Origin: Candidatus Cloacimonadota bacterium
GTDB taxonomy: Bacteria > Cloacimonadota > Cloacimonadia > JGIOTU-2
Assembly (NCBI GenBank): GCA_049903315.1
Contig: JBNGBT010000001.1
Location: 128,001 to 192,000 of the forward strand
Direction of reading: 5' to 3'
Length of the DNA stretch: 64,000 bases
The notes beneath the pieces are model-generated. The model made no database searches. It was not told the DNA's origin and was given only the letters and a program-made list of their open reading frames with translations. A program made the position numbers and the translations under genes. How positions within the stretch are numbered: position 1 is the stretch's first letter; the number at the start of each line of letters is the position of its first letter. Positions 9,953 to 20,459 of the stretch are shown here, in pieces.

Positions 9953-11578
9953 GTGAAAATAAAAAAAATCATCTTATCTGTATTTGTATTTTCCATCACT
10001 CTTCAGCTCCTTTTCTGTTCATCGGCAGCAGTTGCCGGCAAGAATGAACCCGAAGAAGGAGTCCGCGTTGCAGTGTGGGGCTTTCATTATAACGACCTCG
10101 ATAGCCGCACTATGTGCAAATATCTACCAAATGATTTTCAGGAGGTCGGAAAAGAAACTCCCGGAATCGTCATGATCCCGACAAAACAAGTTGGCAAAGC
10201 TCTCGGGAAAGTGAAGATCGAGGAGCTTGACCAAACTGTGGTCGCAGAACTTGCAAAAAAAGTTGATTCCCGCATCAACATCTGGGGAAATATTTCTCAG
10301 ATTGAATCGACCCTCTTCAACCTCATCGTGTTTGTCTTTGACGTAGAAACAAATGAGATCAAATACGAGCAGATGAAGGTTGAGAAGAAAAAAGATGAAC
10401 GCCTGAAATCTGCTCAAAAAATACTTGATATGGCTATTGAAATGTGCGGTTCTGCGGAGACAAAAGCAATGGAAATTGCTATGAATTTCTTCAACTCAGA
10501 GCAGTACCCTGATGCAAAAGCAGCATTTTTAAGTGTGCTGGAACTGAATCCGGAAGAGAAAGAAGCATATCTCTATCTTGCCTACATCAGTGCACTTGGG
10601 GCGAATTATACCACAGCAATCGACTATTATAACAAAGCACTCGAGATCGATCCGAGCTACATCATAGCTCTTGAGGGTCTTGCGTGGTCGTATAAAATGG
10701 TCGAAGACTATGACATGGCATCAGAAACCTATCGTACACTTGCTGAGCTTGAAGAAGGAAACATCGAATATATGGTCTGTATTGGTGAGATCTGCCAAAT
10801 GACAGATAATTTTGATGATGCAGTCGATGCATACAATCTCGCGTTGGATATCAATCCCGATTGTATAGAAGTTCATAAGCCGCTTGGAATTCTCTATTTT
10901 GAGGAAGATTTTTATGATGAAGCGATACCTCATCTTCGCGCTGTGATTGATGCAGGTGTGGAAGATAGTGATATAAGCAAAAAGTTAGCCATCGCATATC
11001 AGAAAACAGGACGCATTGACGAAGCTATCCAGCAGAATTTAGATATCGTTAAAAGAAATCCGAAATCCACAGCTCCTTATCTGAATCTTGCTGCGATCTA
11101 TGTTACTCAGCAGGATTTCACAAAAGCCCTTGATGCGCTGAATAAGTATATCGAGATCATGCCGGATTCTGAGATCGGCTATAACCGAATTGCTGATGTG
11201 TATCGCCAGATGAAGGAGTATAATAAAGCAGTTCAATATGCACAAAAATCTGCGGAGATCGCTCCCGGTCATCCGGAGCCTTATCTTATTCTTGGCGAAA
11301 TTGATAATGAGCGCGGGTATCTGCATTATCAACTCTATATTGATTATGATGAGAAAGCAAAAAATCCGGAATTCAGCGCTGATTATGACAAAAACCATAA
11401 ATTGCGCGTAGAGAATAAGAAGAAAGCAAACGCTTACTTTACCTCCGCAAAAACCTATTACGAAAAAGCAAAAACATTAACATCCGATTATTTCATGCAG
11501 GAGCGTTTAAAGGATAAGATTGAATTGGTAAATACACTTATCGAAGAAACAAAGCATGATCCTTTCTATGATGAATAA
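9953..11578 (+). CDS. Secreted TPR-repeat protein with N-terminal alpha/beta (TolB_N/CsgG-like) domain
   Basis: AGGAGG RBS before GTG 9953, signal peptide and many TPR units ([26 protein letters not shown]). Confidence 0.85.
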   Translation: MKIKKIILSVFVFSITLQLLFCSSAAVAGKNEPEEGVRVAVWGFHYNDLDSRTMCKYLPNDFQEVGKETPGIVMIPTKQVGKALGKVKIEELDQTVVAELAKKVDSRINIWGNISQIESTLFNLIVFVFDVETNEIKYEQMKVEKKKDERLKSAQKILDMAIEMCGSAETKAMEIAMNFFNSEQYPDAKAAFLSVLELNPEEKEAYLYLAYISALGANYTTAIDYYNKALEIDPSYIIALEGLAWSYKMVEDYDMASETYRTLAELEEGNIEYMVCIGEICQMTDNFDDAVDAYNLALDINPDCIEVHKPLGILYFEEDFYDEAIPHLRAVIDAGVEDSDISKKLAIAYQKTGRIDEAIQQNLDIVKRNPKSTAPYLNLAAIYVTQQDFTKALDALNKYIEIMPDSEIGYNRIADVYRQMKEYNKAVQYAQKSAEIAPGHPEPYLILGEIDNERGYLHYQLYIDYDEKAKNPEFSADYDKNHKLRVENKKKANAYFTSAKTYYEKAKTLTSDYFMQERLKDKIELVNTLIEETKHDPFYDE

Positions 11579-12434
11579 AGCGTTGACCTTTCAGCAGATC
11601 ATATTCAATCTTCAAAAATTCTGGGATTCTCAGGGCTGTATACTACGCCAGCCCTATGATGTAGAAATGGGTGCGGGTACTTTTCATCCAGCCACTTTTT
11701 TCGGGTCTCTCTCCAATAAGGACGAACGGGTCGCGTACACGCAACCGTCGAGACGTCCCAAGGATGGACGATATGGAGACAATCCCAACAGATTGCAGCA
11801 TTATTACCAATTCCAGGTCATTATCAAACCTTCGCCTAACGATATTCAGGAACTGTATTTGAAGAGTCTCGAAGCAATCGGTACTCCTATAAAGGAGCAT
11901 GATGTGCGTTTCGTGGAAGATGACTGGGAATCACCGACACTCGGTGCGGCAGGATTGGGCTGGGAAGTTTGGCTTGACGGAATGGAAATTTCGCAATTCA
12001 CCTATTTTCAGCAGATTGCGGGTTACGAACTAAAATCAGTGCCTGTCGAACTCACATACGGCTTGGAGCGTATCGCTATGTACATCCAGCAGGTCGATCA
12101 TTTCAAAGATATTATGTGGAATGATACAATGACCTACGAAGAAGTGTATATGGATAGTGAAAAGCAATTCTGCGAGTTCAATTTCAAAACTGCTAATGTT
12201 GAGATGCTTTTCGGTGAGTTTGACCGTTATGAAAAAGAGGTATACAGGCAGGTGGAATTCGAGCTCGTATATCCTGCCTATGATTATGTGCTCAAATGCT
12301 CACATATATTTAATCTGCTCGATGCACGCGGTGCGATCAGCGTTTCGGAAAGAGCAATGTATATCAAACGCATTCGCAACCTTGCTCGTGCGTGCGCTAC
12401 GGGATTCATGCAATCCCAGAATGACAAAAAATAA
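11568..12434 (+). CDS. glyQ: Glycine--tRNA ligase alpha subunit
   Basis: [56 protein letters not shown] and [12 protein letters not shown]. Confidence 0.98.
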   Translation: MMNKALTFQQIIFNLQKFWDSQGCILRQPYDVEMGAGTFHPATFFGSLSNKDERVAYTQPSRRPKDGRYGDNPNRLQHYYQFQVIIKPSPNDIQELYLKSLEAIGTPIKEHDVRFVEDDWESPTLGAAGLGWEVWLDGMEISQFTYFQQIAGYELKSVPVELTYGLERIAMYIQQVDHFKDIMWNDTMTYEEVYMDSEKQFCEFNFKTANVEMLFGEFDRYEKEVYRQVEFELVYPAYDYVLKCSHIFNLLDARGAISVSERAMYIKRIRNLARACATGFMQSQNDKK

Positions 12435-12442
12435 GGATACGT

Positions 12443-13159
12443 ATGCCTAAAAATACTGAATCAATATATAAAGAGATACTTGATTGTTACACTGATACTT
12501 TCGGTGCTTCTCTTCATTCGTTATACATATACGGAAGCGCAACCACGGATGATTTCAATGAGAAATATTCTGACATCAATGTGGCAATGATCCTGGATGA
12601 TATTTCAATTCAAAATCTTATAAAAGCCAGGAGTTGCATTAAAACACTTCGCAAAAAACATATCGCTGCCCCGCTCTTTCTCACAAAGGATTACATAAAG
12701 GATTCCCTGGATTCCTTTCCTCTTGAATTCCTCGCGATAAAAAATTCTCATCTTACTCTTCATGGAGATGATGCCTTTGCAGATATTTCGATCGAACCAG
12801 AACATGTTCGCCTTCAGACAGAACGAGAGCTCAAAGGAAAATTGCTTGTGCTTCGTGCTTCATTTCTTGAGAACATCGACAAGAAAAACGTACTCAATGC
12901 ACTTATTGTGAACTCTTTTTCTGCACTCATTCCTGTTTTGAAAGGGATACTGTTTTTTAAAGAAGCGGAAATTCCCGTAAATGCATTAGATGTCATAAAA
13001 GCCACAGCAGAAGTATGTGAGATCGACCTGTCATCCTTTGAGTCTGCCTATAAGATCAAGAACCGATATTTGAAACTGAAGAGCGAAGAATTTGTCACCT
13101 TCTTTGAATCTTATATTTCCGCAGTAGATTCGCTTGCGAAACTCGTAGATAAACTTTAA
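12443..13159 (+). CDS. Pol-beta-superfamily nucleotidyltransferase-like protein with C-terminal helical domain
   Basis: LYIYGSA...SDINV motif (GS...DxD-like) and DSFPLEF. Confidence 0.7.
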   Translation: MPKNTESIYKEILDCYTDTFGASLHSLYIYGSATTDDFNEKYSDINVAMILDDISIQNLIKARSCIKTLRKKHIAAPLFLTKDYIKDSLDSFPLEFLAIKNSHLTLHGDDAFADISIEPEHVRLQTERELKGKLLVLRASFLENIDKKNVLNALIVNSFSALIPVLKGILFFKEAEIPVNALDVIKATAEVCEIDLSSFESAYKIKNRYLKLKSEEFVTFFESYISAVDSLAKLVDKL

Positions 13160-13216
13160 TCTTTTGTATTTGATAATGAATGTTGTAAGCACGTACTGTG
13201 CGGTGAAGCAGTTTTT

Positions 13217-14470
13217 ATGAAAAAAGTCGTCGTCATTGGGGGAGGTCCTGCCGGTATGATGGCAGCATGCAGAGCTGCCGAATGCGGAGCTGAAGTGACA
13301 CTTCTTGAGAAAATGAACAAACTCGGACTGAAACTTTCACTCACCGGTAAGGGACGATGTAATATCACAAACACTGAGCCCGAGGTAATGACATTTATTG
13401 AGAAATACGGGCAGAATGGTAAATTTCTTATTAATGCATTCAACACATTTTTCAATAAAGAATTGATGCAATTTCTTCAAAAAAGAGGACTTGTTTTGAA
13501 AGAACTTTCGGGCGGACGTATCTATCCTGAATCCGATAATTCATGGAGTGTTGTAGATGTATTTACACAGTATCTTAAAGAGCTTGGGGTTCGTGTAGTA
13601 GTCGAATCTTCTGTGATTGAACTTCTGCACTATAATAATGTAGTTGGTGGCGTCATACACGAAAACGGAACTCTCCTTGCCGATGCAGTCATTGTTGCAA
13701 CAGGCGGGAAATCATATTCTCAGACAGGTTCTTCAGGAGATGGATATCAGTTTGCACGTGTCACCGGGCACAAAGTTACAGATCTTTATCCCGGATTAGT
13801 TCCTTTTAATCTCCTCGATATAGATCCGGATCTTGATGGTGTGAAATTAAAAAATGTACGAGGAACTGTCACTGATGAGGATGAAGTTCTTGCTGAAGCA
13901 TTTGGTGAATTCTATTTCACGGAATGGGGCGCAGACGGATCTGTCATACTTCGTTTAAGCAGAGACGTGAAAGAAGAAATTCAAGAAGATTATCTGACTT
14001 TGCATGTCGATCTGAAACCTGCGCTTGATGATGAAAAAATCCATGAGAGAATACTGAGAGAGATAAATAGTAATGGAAAATTATCCTATAAAAGTATGCT
14101 GAAAGAACTTCTTCCGGAAAAGATGATCTCCTTTTTTATCACGAAAACCCATATCCCGGAAGATACCAAAATCGCAAATATCACAAAAGAACAGCGGGAA
14201 ACCATTGTGAGAAATTTGAAGGACCTTACCTTTACGATCACCGGCACAAGATCCTTTGATGAAGCTATTGTTACTTCCGGTGGAGTACAGCTTTCACATA
14301 TCGATCCTCGAACAATGGAATCCAAAAAAATTAAAAATCTGTACTTTGCAGGCGAGGTGTTGAACATTGATGGCGACACCGGGGGATACAATCTGCAAGC
14401 AGCTTTTTCAACCGGATATGTAGCAGGGGAAAACGCAGCAAAGGAACAACAAAATAATGAAGAAAATTGA
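13217..14470 (+). CDS. NAD(P)/FAD-dependent oxidoreductase, HI0933/YhiN (BaiN) family
   Basis: GGGPAG, GKGRCNITN, ATGGKSY..TGSSGDG, VTSGGV and GDTGGYNLQAAFSTG. Confidence 0.93.
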   Translation: MKKVVVIGGGPAGMMAACRAAECGAEVTLLEKMNKLGLKLSLTGKGRCNITNTEPEVMTFIEKYGQNGKFLINAFNTFFNKELMQFLQKRGLVLKELSGGRIYPESDNSWSVVDVFTQYLKELGVRVVVESSVIELLHYNNVVGGVIHENGTLLADAVIVATGGKSYSQTGSSGDGYQFARVTGHKVTDLYPGLVPFNLLDIDPDLDGVKLKNVRGTVTDEDEVLAEAFGEFYFTEWGADGSVILRLSRDVKEEIQEDYLTLHVDLKPALDDEKIHERILREINSNGKLSYKSMLKELLPEKMISFFITKTHIPEDTKIANITKEQRETIVRNLKDLTFTITGTRSFDEAIVTSGGVQLSHIDPRTMESKKIKNLYFAGEVLNIDGDTGGYNLQAAFSTGYVAGENAAKEQQNNEEN

Positions 14471-15287
14471 TTTACACATACATTCAAATTTTTCTGACGG
14501 CACAAGACATCCAAAAGATATAATCAAAGAAACTAAAGCAATGGGTTTTGATGTGATCTCCATCACAGATCATGATACGCTTGACGGCTACAATGCGGGG
14601 AAGAGGTGCGCAAAACATCTCGGTATTGAGCTCGTTCCCGGAGTAGAGATCAGCAGCTACTATCAGGCATTCGACGTGCATATTCTCGCCTATTTTGTGG
14701 ATATTCATAACCGGCAGCTCCTCAGTATGTTGAAGTATCTGCAAAAGGGACGTATCTTGCGAGCACAGAAGATACTCGATAAATTGAACGAATATGGCTT
14801 CAATCTGAATATGAAAGAAGTGTTTGAGCATGTTGACAATAAGAAGGTTGTCGGACGTCCTCATATTGCAACGGCAATGGCAGAAAAAGATTACACAACC
14901 TATGAAGAAGCATTCTGGCATTATATTGGTAATGATAGACCCGCATATGTGCGCAAACCCACATTCCCTCCGGAAGAAGTGATCAAGATCATTAAAGATG
15001 CAGGTGGTATTGCAATACTTGCACACCCGGGAGTCATTAAAAACGATTTCATTATTCCTGATCTTGTTGATTTTGGTCTGGACGGTCTTGAAGTATTTTA
15101 CCCACTGCATAGTCTATACCAGAGACAGAATTATCTTGAACTTGCAGAACGGTATAGATTGCTGGTCACAGGCGGTTCCGACTATCATGGATTTGCTAGA
15201 AAAAATGAGGATTTTGGACAAGCAATGCTCAAAGAAGTTTATTACGAACAGCTCCTGGCACATAAGGATCGAAAGTATGCCAATTAA
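14457..15287 (+). CDS. PHP-domain metal-dependent phosphoesterase (TrpH/YciV family)
   Basis: DLHIHSNFSDG, ITDHDT, GVEIS, HILAY, GRPH, LAHP and GGSDYHG. Confidence 0.93.
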   Translation: MKKIDLHIHSNFSDGTRHPKDIIKETKAMGFDVISITDHDTLDGYNAGKRCAKHLGIELVPGVEISSYYQAFDVHILAYFVDIHNRQLLSMLKYLQKGRILRAQKILDKLNEYGFNLNMKEVFEHVDNKKVVGRPHIATAMAEKDYTTYEEAFWHYIGNDRPAYVRKPTFPPEEVIKIIKDAGGIAILAHPGVIKNDFIIPDLVDFGLDGLEVFYPLHSLYQRQNYLELAERYRLLVTGGSDYHGFARKNEDFGQAMLKEVYYEQLLAHKDRKYAN

Positions 15288-15900
15288 AAGACTGATCTTG
15301 CTCGCTGAATTTGAAACAAACACCTATCTCATCTGGGATAAAGAATCGGGTCTTGGCGCAGTTATTGATCCCGCCAACAACGCTCACGAAATCGTTGATG
15401 AAGCGGAAAGAATAGGTTTTAAAATAAAATATATCATAAATACTCACGGGCATGCTGATCATATCGGAGCGAACACAGAACTGAAAAAACTCACTGGTGC
15501 AACACTCTGCATCCATGAAGATGACAGCGAGAAGTTAAGTAATCCAGATATGAACCTCAGCTCATTTGTGGGATTTCCAATCACTACAGTGAAAGCAGAC
15601 AGATTGCTTAAGGATGGTGATGTAATAAATATTGGGAGTATCTCATTAAAGGTGTTGCATACCCCCGGTCATTCAAAAGGGTGTATTTGCCTAGTCGGTG
15701 ATGGATTTGTATTTAGCGGTGATACACTGTTTTTCGAAAGCATCGGACGATATGATTTTCCTGATAGTAATGGAGACCTTCTCAGAAAAAGCATTGAAGA
15801 GAAATTATTTGTGCTCGCTGATGCGACAAAAGTTTATACAGGGCATGGCGGACCAACCACGATTGGTCATGAAAAAAAACATAATCCCTTTTTCTTTTAA
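15277..15900 (+). CDS. MBL-fold metallo-hydrolase (glyoxalase II/YcbL-like)
   Basis: THGHADHIG, HTPGHS, SGDTLF and TGHG. True start at ATG 15277, overlapping the PHP gene stop. Confidence 0.92.
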   Translation: MPIKRLILLAEFETNTYLIWDKESGLGAVIDPANNAHEIVDEAERIGFKIKYIINTHGHADHIGANTELKKLTGATLCIHEDDSEKLSNPDMNLSSFVGFPITTVKADRLLKDGDVINIGSISLKVLHTPGHSKGCICLVGDGFVFSGDTLFFESIGRYDFPDSNGDLLRKSIEEKLFVLADATKVYTGHGGPTTIGHEKKHNPFFF

Positions 15901-15903
15901 ATT

Positions 15904-17436
15904 ATGGTAATAATTTTAGACTTCGGCTCTCAATATACCTATCTGATCCTGAAATCTGTTCAGCAGCTGAATGTGTCTTGTAATGTAGTTCCTTACGACA
16001 TCAATATTTCGGAAATTACCGAACTAGAACCTGAAGCAATAATTTTATCCGGCAGTCCCTACAGTGTATTGGCGGACGAAGCTCCCCTCTGTGATAAAAA
16101 GTTATTCGAGCTGGGAATTCCAATACTCGGGATATGCTATGGAATGCAGCTCATTTGCCATTTGTTGGGCGGCAATGTCGGGCATTCGTTGAAAAAAGAG
16201 TTCGGTTATGTCGAGTTAGTTATTGATGAAAAGCACACACTTTTTGAGGGATTGGAAACTGGAGACGTAGTGTGGATGAGCCATTCAGATAAAATTGAAA
16301 AAGTGCCCGACGGTTATGATACATATTCCAGTACTATAAATACACCGTTTGTTGCCATGCAAAATAAAGCAAAAAAAATATATGCAGTTCAGTTTCATCC
16401 GGAGGTTTCTCATACAGAGAAAGGTTTATATATATTTAAAAATTTTATTTATAACATTTGCGAACTAAAACCGAACTGGACCCCGAGTTCATTCATTGAA
16501 AAAGCATCCAGAAAGATCAAAGAAATGGTCGGGGATGCTGGTGTAGTTCTCGGCCTAAGCGGGGGGGTTGACTCATCTGTCACTGCTGCATTACTTCATA
16601 AAGTTATCGGTGATAAACTTATTCCTATTCTTGTTGATACAGGATTGATGAGGAAAAATGAGATCGTTGAAATACAGCAGATGTTCGAGAACATTGGCAT
16701 CCATATTAAGGTTGTGAATGCACAAGATGTTTTCCTCGATGCATTAAAAGGCGTTGTCGATCCTGAAAAAAAGAGGAAGATCATTGGGAATCTATTTATC
16801 AAAATTTTTGAAAAAGAAGCACTCAAATTTGACAATGTGCAATTTCTTGCACAGGGTACTCTGTATCCAGATGTGATCGAGAGTTCTTCATCAGAGACAA
16901 AAAACGGACCTTCTGTCACGATCAAATCGCATCATAATGTAGGCGGCTTACCGGAAAATTTTGATCTCAAGCTTATTGAACCGCTTCGTGAATTGTTTAA
17001 ATATGAAGTTAGGGTGATCGGCAAAGAGCTTGGATTGTCCGATGAGATACTTTTCAGGCACCCCTTCCCCGGACCGGGACTGGCAGTTCGCATTATTGGA
17101 GATATCACAGAAGAGAAAGTGGCAGTGCTTCAGGAAATTGATTATATATTCATTGATGAATTGAGGAAGAGTTTTTATTATGACCGCATATGGCAGGCAT
17201 TTGCAGTATTATTGCCTGTGCAGACAGTCGGCGTGATGGGGGATGACCGAACCTATGAAAATGTCTGTGCACTCCGCGCAGTTAACAGCCTCGACGGCAT
17301 GACTGCGGACTGGACTAAAATTCCCTACAATATTTTACGACAGATCTCAAACAGGATAATAAACGAAGTTGACGGGGTAAACAGAGTCGTGTATGATATT
17401 AGCTCTAAGCCACCAAGCACAATTGAGTGGGAATAG
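15904..17436 (+). CDS. guaA: GMP synthase (glutamine-hydrolysing)
   Basis: LDFGSQY, GICYGMQ, QFHPEV, SGGVDS, IKSHHNVGG, HPFPGPGL and KPPSTIEWE. Confidence 0.98.
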   Translation: MVIILDFGSQYTYLILKSVQQLNVSCNVVPYDINISEITELEPEAIILSGSPYSVLADEAPLCDKKLFELGIPILGICYGMQLICHLLGGNVGHSLKKEFGYVELVIDEKHTLFEGLETGDVVWMSHSDKIEKVPDGYDTYSSTINTPFVAMQNKAKKIYAVQFHPEVSHTEKGLYIFKNFIYNICELKPNWTPSSFIEKASRKIKEMVGDAGVVLGLSGGVDSSVTAALLHKVIGDKLIPILVDTGLMRKNEIVEIQQMFENIGIHIKVVNAQDVFLDALKGVVDPEKKRKIIGNLFIKIFEKEALKFDNVQFLAQGTLYPDVIESSSSETKNGPSVTIKSHHNVGGLPENFDLKLIEPLRELFKYEVRVIGKELGLSDEILFRHPFPGPGLAVRIIGDITEEKVAVLQEIDYIFIDELRKSFYYDRIWQAFAVLLPVQTVGVMGDDRTYENVCALRAVNSLDGMTADWTKIPYNILRQISNRIINEVDGVNRVVYDISSKPPSTIEWE

Positions 17437-17442
17437 ATCAAA

Positions 17443-20286
17443 ATGAAAAAATATTATATTCTTCTTCTATTATTATTCATTCCAATATATGGATTTGCCC
17501 AGTCCAATATTGTTGCAGAAGTCGCAGGAGAACCCCTTACATGGCTTGAGTTGCAAAACCGCTATGAAAAGGTCTGGCAGGAATATTTGCATGATCCCTC
17601 TTCTTATCCTGAAGTTTCACAAAAATCAATTCATGAGGATCTGAAAAAAATAGCTCTTGATCAGATTATTATAGAACGCCTGTTTGAAATTTATGCTGAC
17701 GAGAACAATATCTTCATTAATGATGAAGAATTGGAAACAATTTTTAAGCAAATTTATTCTGACAATGCACTTTTCCTCACAGATGGTTATTTTGACGAGA
17801 CAAAATTCCAGCGCTTTAAAATGCAGTACTCGAAGCGGTATCATGAGATCATAGACCGAATTCGTGAAGATGTGCTCGATGATAAGATCAAAGAGATAAT
17901 TAAGGAGCAATTTTATCTAAATGATAGAGAATTATACGAAGCCTATATACGTGACAATTCGAGGATACAGCTAAAATATCTCATTGTTCCGGACAGCCTG
18001 ATGCCTACGAATTTTCCATCAAGTCCCGCTTATGTGAAGGAATTCCATAAAGCGCATAAGTACTCATATCAATCACCGGATATGGTGCGCCTTGGGATAA
18101 TATATATACAGGACGATGAATTTTATCCATCATCAAAACCATACTACAAGCATGTTCCGGCATATCGCAAAAATGCTCATGCCCAGTCACGAATTTATGC
18201 AGAGCAATTAGCTGATCTGCTCAATTCCGGATATGTTGAAAATAGTCCAATTTTCAGAGCCCATTATGTGTTCGAGACTGGATACCTGGAAAAAAGCGAT
18301 CATATTGGGAAGATGAGACATAGTGATGAGATAATTAAAAAAGCATTGCGTTTGCCCCCGGGAAGGTATTATTCGTCTCCAATCGAGCAGGAGAATGGCT
18401 GGATAATTTTTAAATCCTTAGGGAAAAAGGGAGGAGGGATTGCTGATTTTGAGGATGCAGCGCTACCTATCTGGAAGGATTATATTTCAGTTGGGCGAGA
18501 TTATTATTTTGATAGTGAAACAGAAAGCTATTTTAATAACAATATCGAACATGAGCTCCTCTTCGAAGTTGATGTGAGTTATATCAGTTTTGATGCTGAA
18601 GATCTTCAGATAGATATGCAATTTTCCGAGGACTCTTTATGGAATTATTACGAATATAATCTTGAGGAATTTGTTACTGTGCGGGATACAATGCCCTTTG
18701 AAAAAGTCCGTGAAGATATTGTAGAGGAACTTACCAAAAAAGCGAAAAGGAAGCTGGCAGACTCGACGATAACGTGCATTAAGCAAAGAGTTTGCGAGCA
18801 TGATTTCCTTATGAGTTATCCTGGTGCTGAGATCAAATTATTCCAAAAATATATCGAGAATATGCCTTATTACAGAGAGCCATATCCTCTCATTCAGGAT
18901 ACTATTTTTAAAACACCGGTCGATTCTATGTTCTTTACAAAAAAAGGAACACGGTATGTAATCGGATTGGTGAATGACAGACGGCTTGTCCTTTCGCGGG
19001 ATAAAAAATTACTCAAAGATGAAGTGCAGAGTCTTCTTGAAAATAAATGGGATACAGATTGGCAGAACGGATTTCAAGAATATTATTCTCAAAATAAAAA
19101 TGCTTATTTTGAACCGAATCTTTATAGATTCTCATATATTTTTATACCAATTGATACATCGCAGGTAATCATAGATTCATCAGATGCTATAAAATATTTT
19201 TCTGATAATATAGATAAGTTTATACAATCCAATCTTGTGAAGTTGCAAACAATTTTCATACCGGAAAATCCTATGATGTATCAAAAAATTCAAGACATTC
19301 TGGATGCAATGCATGCCGGAGTAGATTTTAAGATCATATCAGAGATGTATTATCAACCTCATTCATTAATTGAAAAGGATAATAAATTCATAAGTATAAA
19401 CGATCTCAACGAGTTGATCTATTCATGTGTGGATACTCTTGGAATAAATGAAATCTCATCTCCGATCTACACAGATGAGGGATGTTTCTTCATCAAATTA
19501 ATTGATAAAGAAAAAAATGATGAAAATATTTTTGAATTGAAAAAGTCCCAGGTATATTATGAAATGAAGCTTCCCATCGCAGACAGCATTGCTTACCGAA
19601 CTATAAATGCCATTTATGATAATATTTCCAGCAATCGAGATATGCTGTTCAATACCCATCATGAGAATACATTTTATACTGATTACATGGAATTGAACGA
19701 TGAATACACTGTAATAGATAGCTTGATCACTGTACCGAAACGCGAATATGATGAGTTGAATTCTACAAGAATTGGTAATAAATTCCCCAAGATCTTCACT
19801 GTCGAAGGAGGATATGTGATCCTTTTTCTTGAGGATAAGGTTACTGGTAAGAAGATAGAAGGATACGATGCCTATACGAAAGCGCGCAATCAATTTCTTT
19901 CTAAACTGCAATTTGATGAAGGGAAAATTTTCACAGAATATCTCACACTGGAGCTTATGAACAGGCAGAAAGGCTATTTGACCTATATTTTCGGAGGATT
20001 GCGAGAAACTCCACTTATAAGTTATGATGATATGATAAACAATCTGCCGGGCAGCAATGTGATTGTCCGCAGCGCTTTTACAAAGGAACCATATACATAC
20101 AGTCACCCCATACGATTTACTGATTATGGTTGGGGATTCTATTACATTGCAAAAAAGGAAGTTGAAACTCCACAGGATTTTGAATCTATCAAGCATGAGT
20201 ATCGTCAGGAATATGCTGAAAAGAAGTTCAGAAGCTGGATTGATAACTATATGGTGCAGAAACAAGTAAGGATATTTGTACAGTAA
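17443..20286 (+). CDS. Large SurA/PpiD-like periplasmic chaperone with several degenerate parvulin (rotamase) domains
   Basis: Signal peptide, SurA-N-like VAEVAGEPLT...ALDQIIIERL, and repeated parvulin-like ends (SSPIEQENGWIIFK, ISSPIYTDEGCFFIKL, SHPIRFTDYGWGF). Confidence 0.72.
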   Translation: MKKYYILLLLLFIPIYGFAQSNIVAEVAGEPLTWLELQNRYEKVWQEYLHDPSSYPEVSQKSIHEDLKKIALDQIIIERLFEIYADENNIFINDEELETIFKQIYSDNALFLTDGYFDETKFQRFKMQYSKRYHEIIDRIREDVLDDKIKEIIKEQFYLNDRELYEAYIRDNSRIQLKYLIVPDSLMPTNFPSSPAYVKEFHKAHKYSYQSPDMVRLGIIYIQDDEFYPSSKPYYKHVPAYRKNAHAQSRIYAEQLADLLNSGYVENSPIFRAHYVFETGYLEKSDHIGKMRHSDEIIKKALRLPPGRYYSSPIEQENGWIIFKSLGKKGGGIADFEDAALPIWKDYISVGRDYYFDSETESYFNNNIEHELLFEVDVSYISFDAEDLQIDMQFSEDSLWNYYEYNLEEFVTVRDTMPFEKVREDIVEELTKKAKRKLADSTITCIKQRVCEHDFLMSYPGAEIKLFQKYIENMPYYREPYPLIQDTIFKTPVDSMFFTKKGTRYVIGLVNDRRLVLSRDKKLLKDEVQSLLENKWDTDWQNGFQEYYSQNKNAYFEPNLYRFSYIFIPIDTSQVIIDSSDAIKYFSDNIDKFIQSNLVKLQTIFIPENPMMYQKIQDILDAMHAGVDFKIISEMYYQPHSLIEKDNKFISINDLNELIYSCVDTLGINEISSPIYTDEGCFFIKLIDKEKNDENIFELKKSQVYYEMKLPIADSIAYRTINAIYDNISSNRDMLFNTHHENTFYTDYMELNDEYTVIDSLITVPKREYDELNSTRIGNKFPKIFTVEGGYVILFLEDKVTGKKIEGYDAYTKARNQFLSKLQFDEGKIFTEYLTLELMNRQKGYLTYIFGGLRETPLISYDDMINNLPGSNVIVRSAFTKEPYTYSHPIRFTDYGWGFYYIAKKEVETPQDFESIKHEYRQEYAEKKFRSWIDNYMVQKQVRIFVQ

Positions 20287-20364
20287 GCATGCAAAAGCGT
20301 AAAACTTGACAGCATACAGATGGATAAAAAAACAGTGTCTATCGCCATTTTTTTTACAAAGGTT

Positions 20365-20440
20365 GCCGGGATAGCTCAGACGGTAGAGCAGGGGCCTGAA
20401 AAGCCCTGTGTCCGTGGTTCAATTCCGCGTCCCGGCACCA
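20365..20440 (+). tRNA. tRNA-Phe (GAA)
   Basis: 76-nt cloverleaf GCCGGGA...TCCCGGC-ACCA with anticodon arm GGGGC-CTGAAAA-GCCCT, T-loop TTCAATT and encoded CCA. TTGACA at 20306. Confidence 0.97.
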
Positions 20441-20459
20441 TTTTTTTTATCTACAAATC

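Noticed and set aside
14998..15276. N-terminal extensions in the ORF track (also 1259, 9938, 30783, 37775, 37823, 60555, 61185)
   Set aside because: They overlap upstream genes or promoters; downstream starts fit the RBS, signal peptides and family N-termini better.
19498..20265. 255-aa antisense ORF, and similar ones at 14484-15110, 8403-8867 and 63460-63936
   Set aside because: They lie opposite recognisable genes and show no family motifs.
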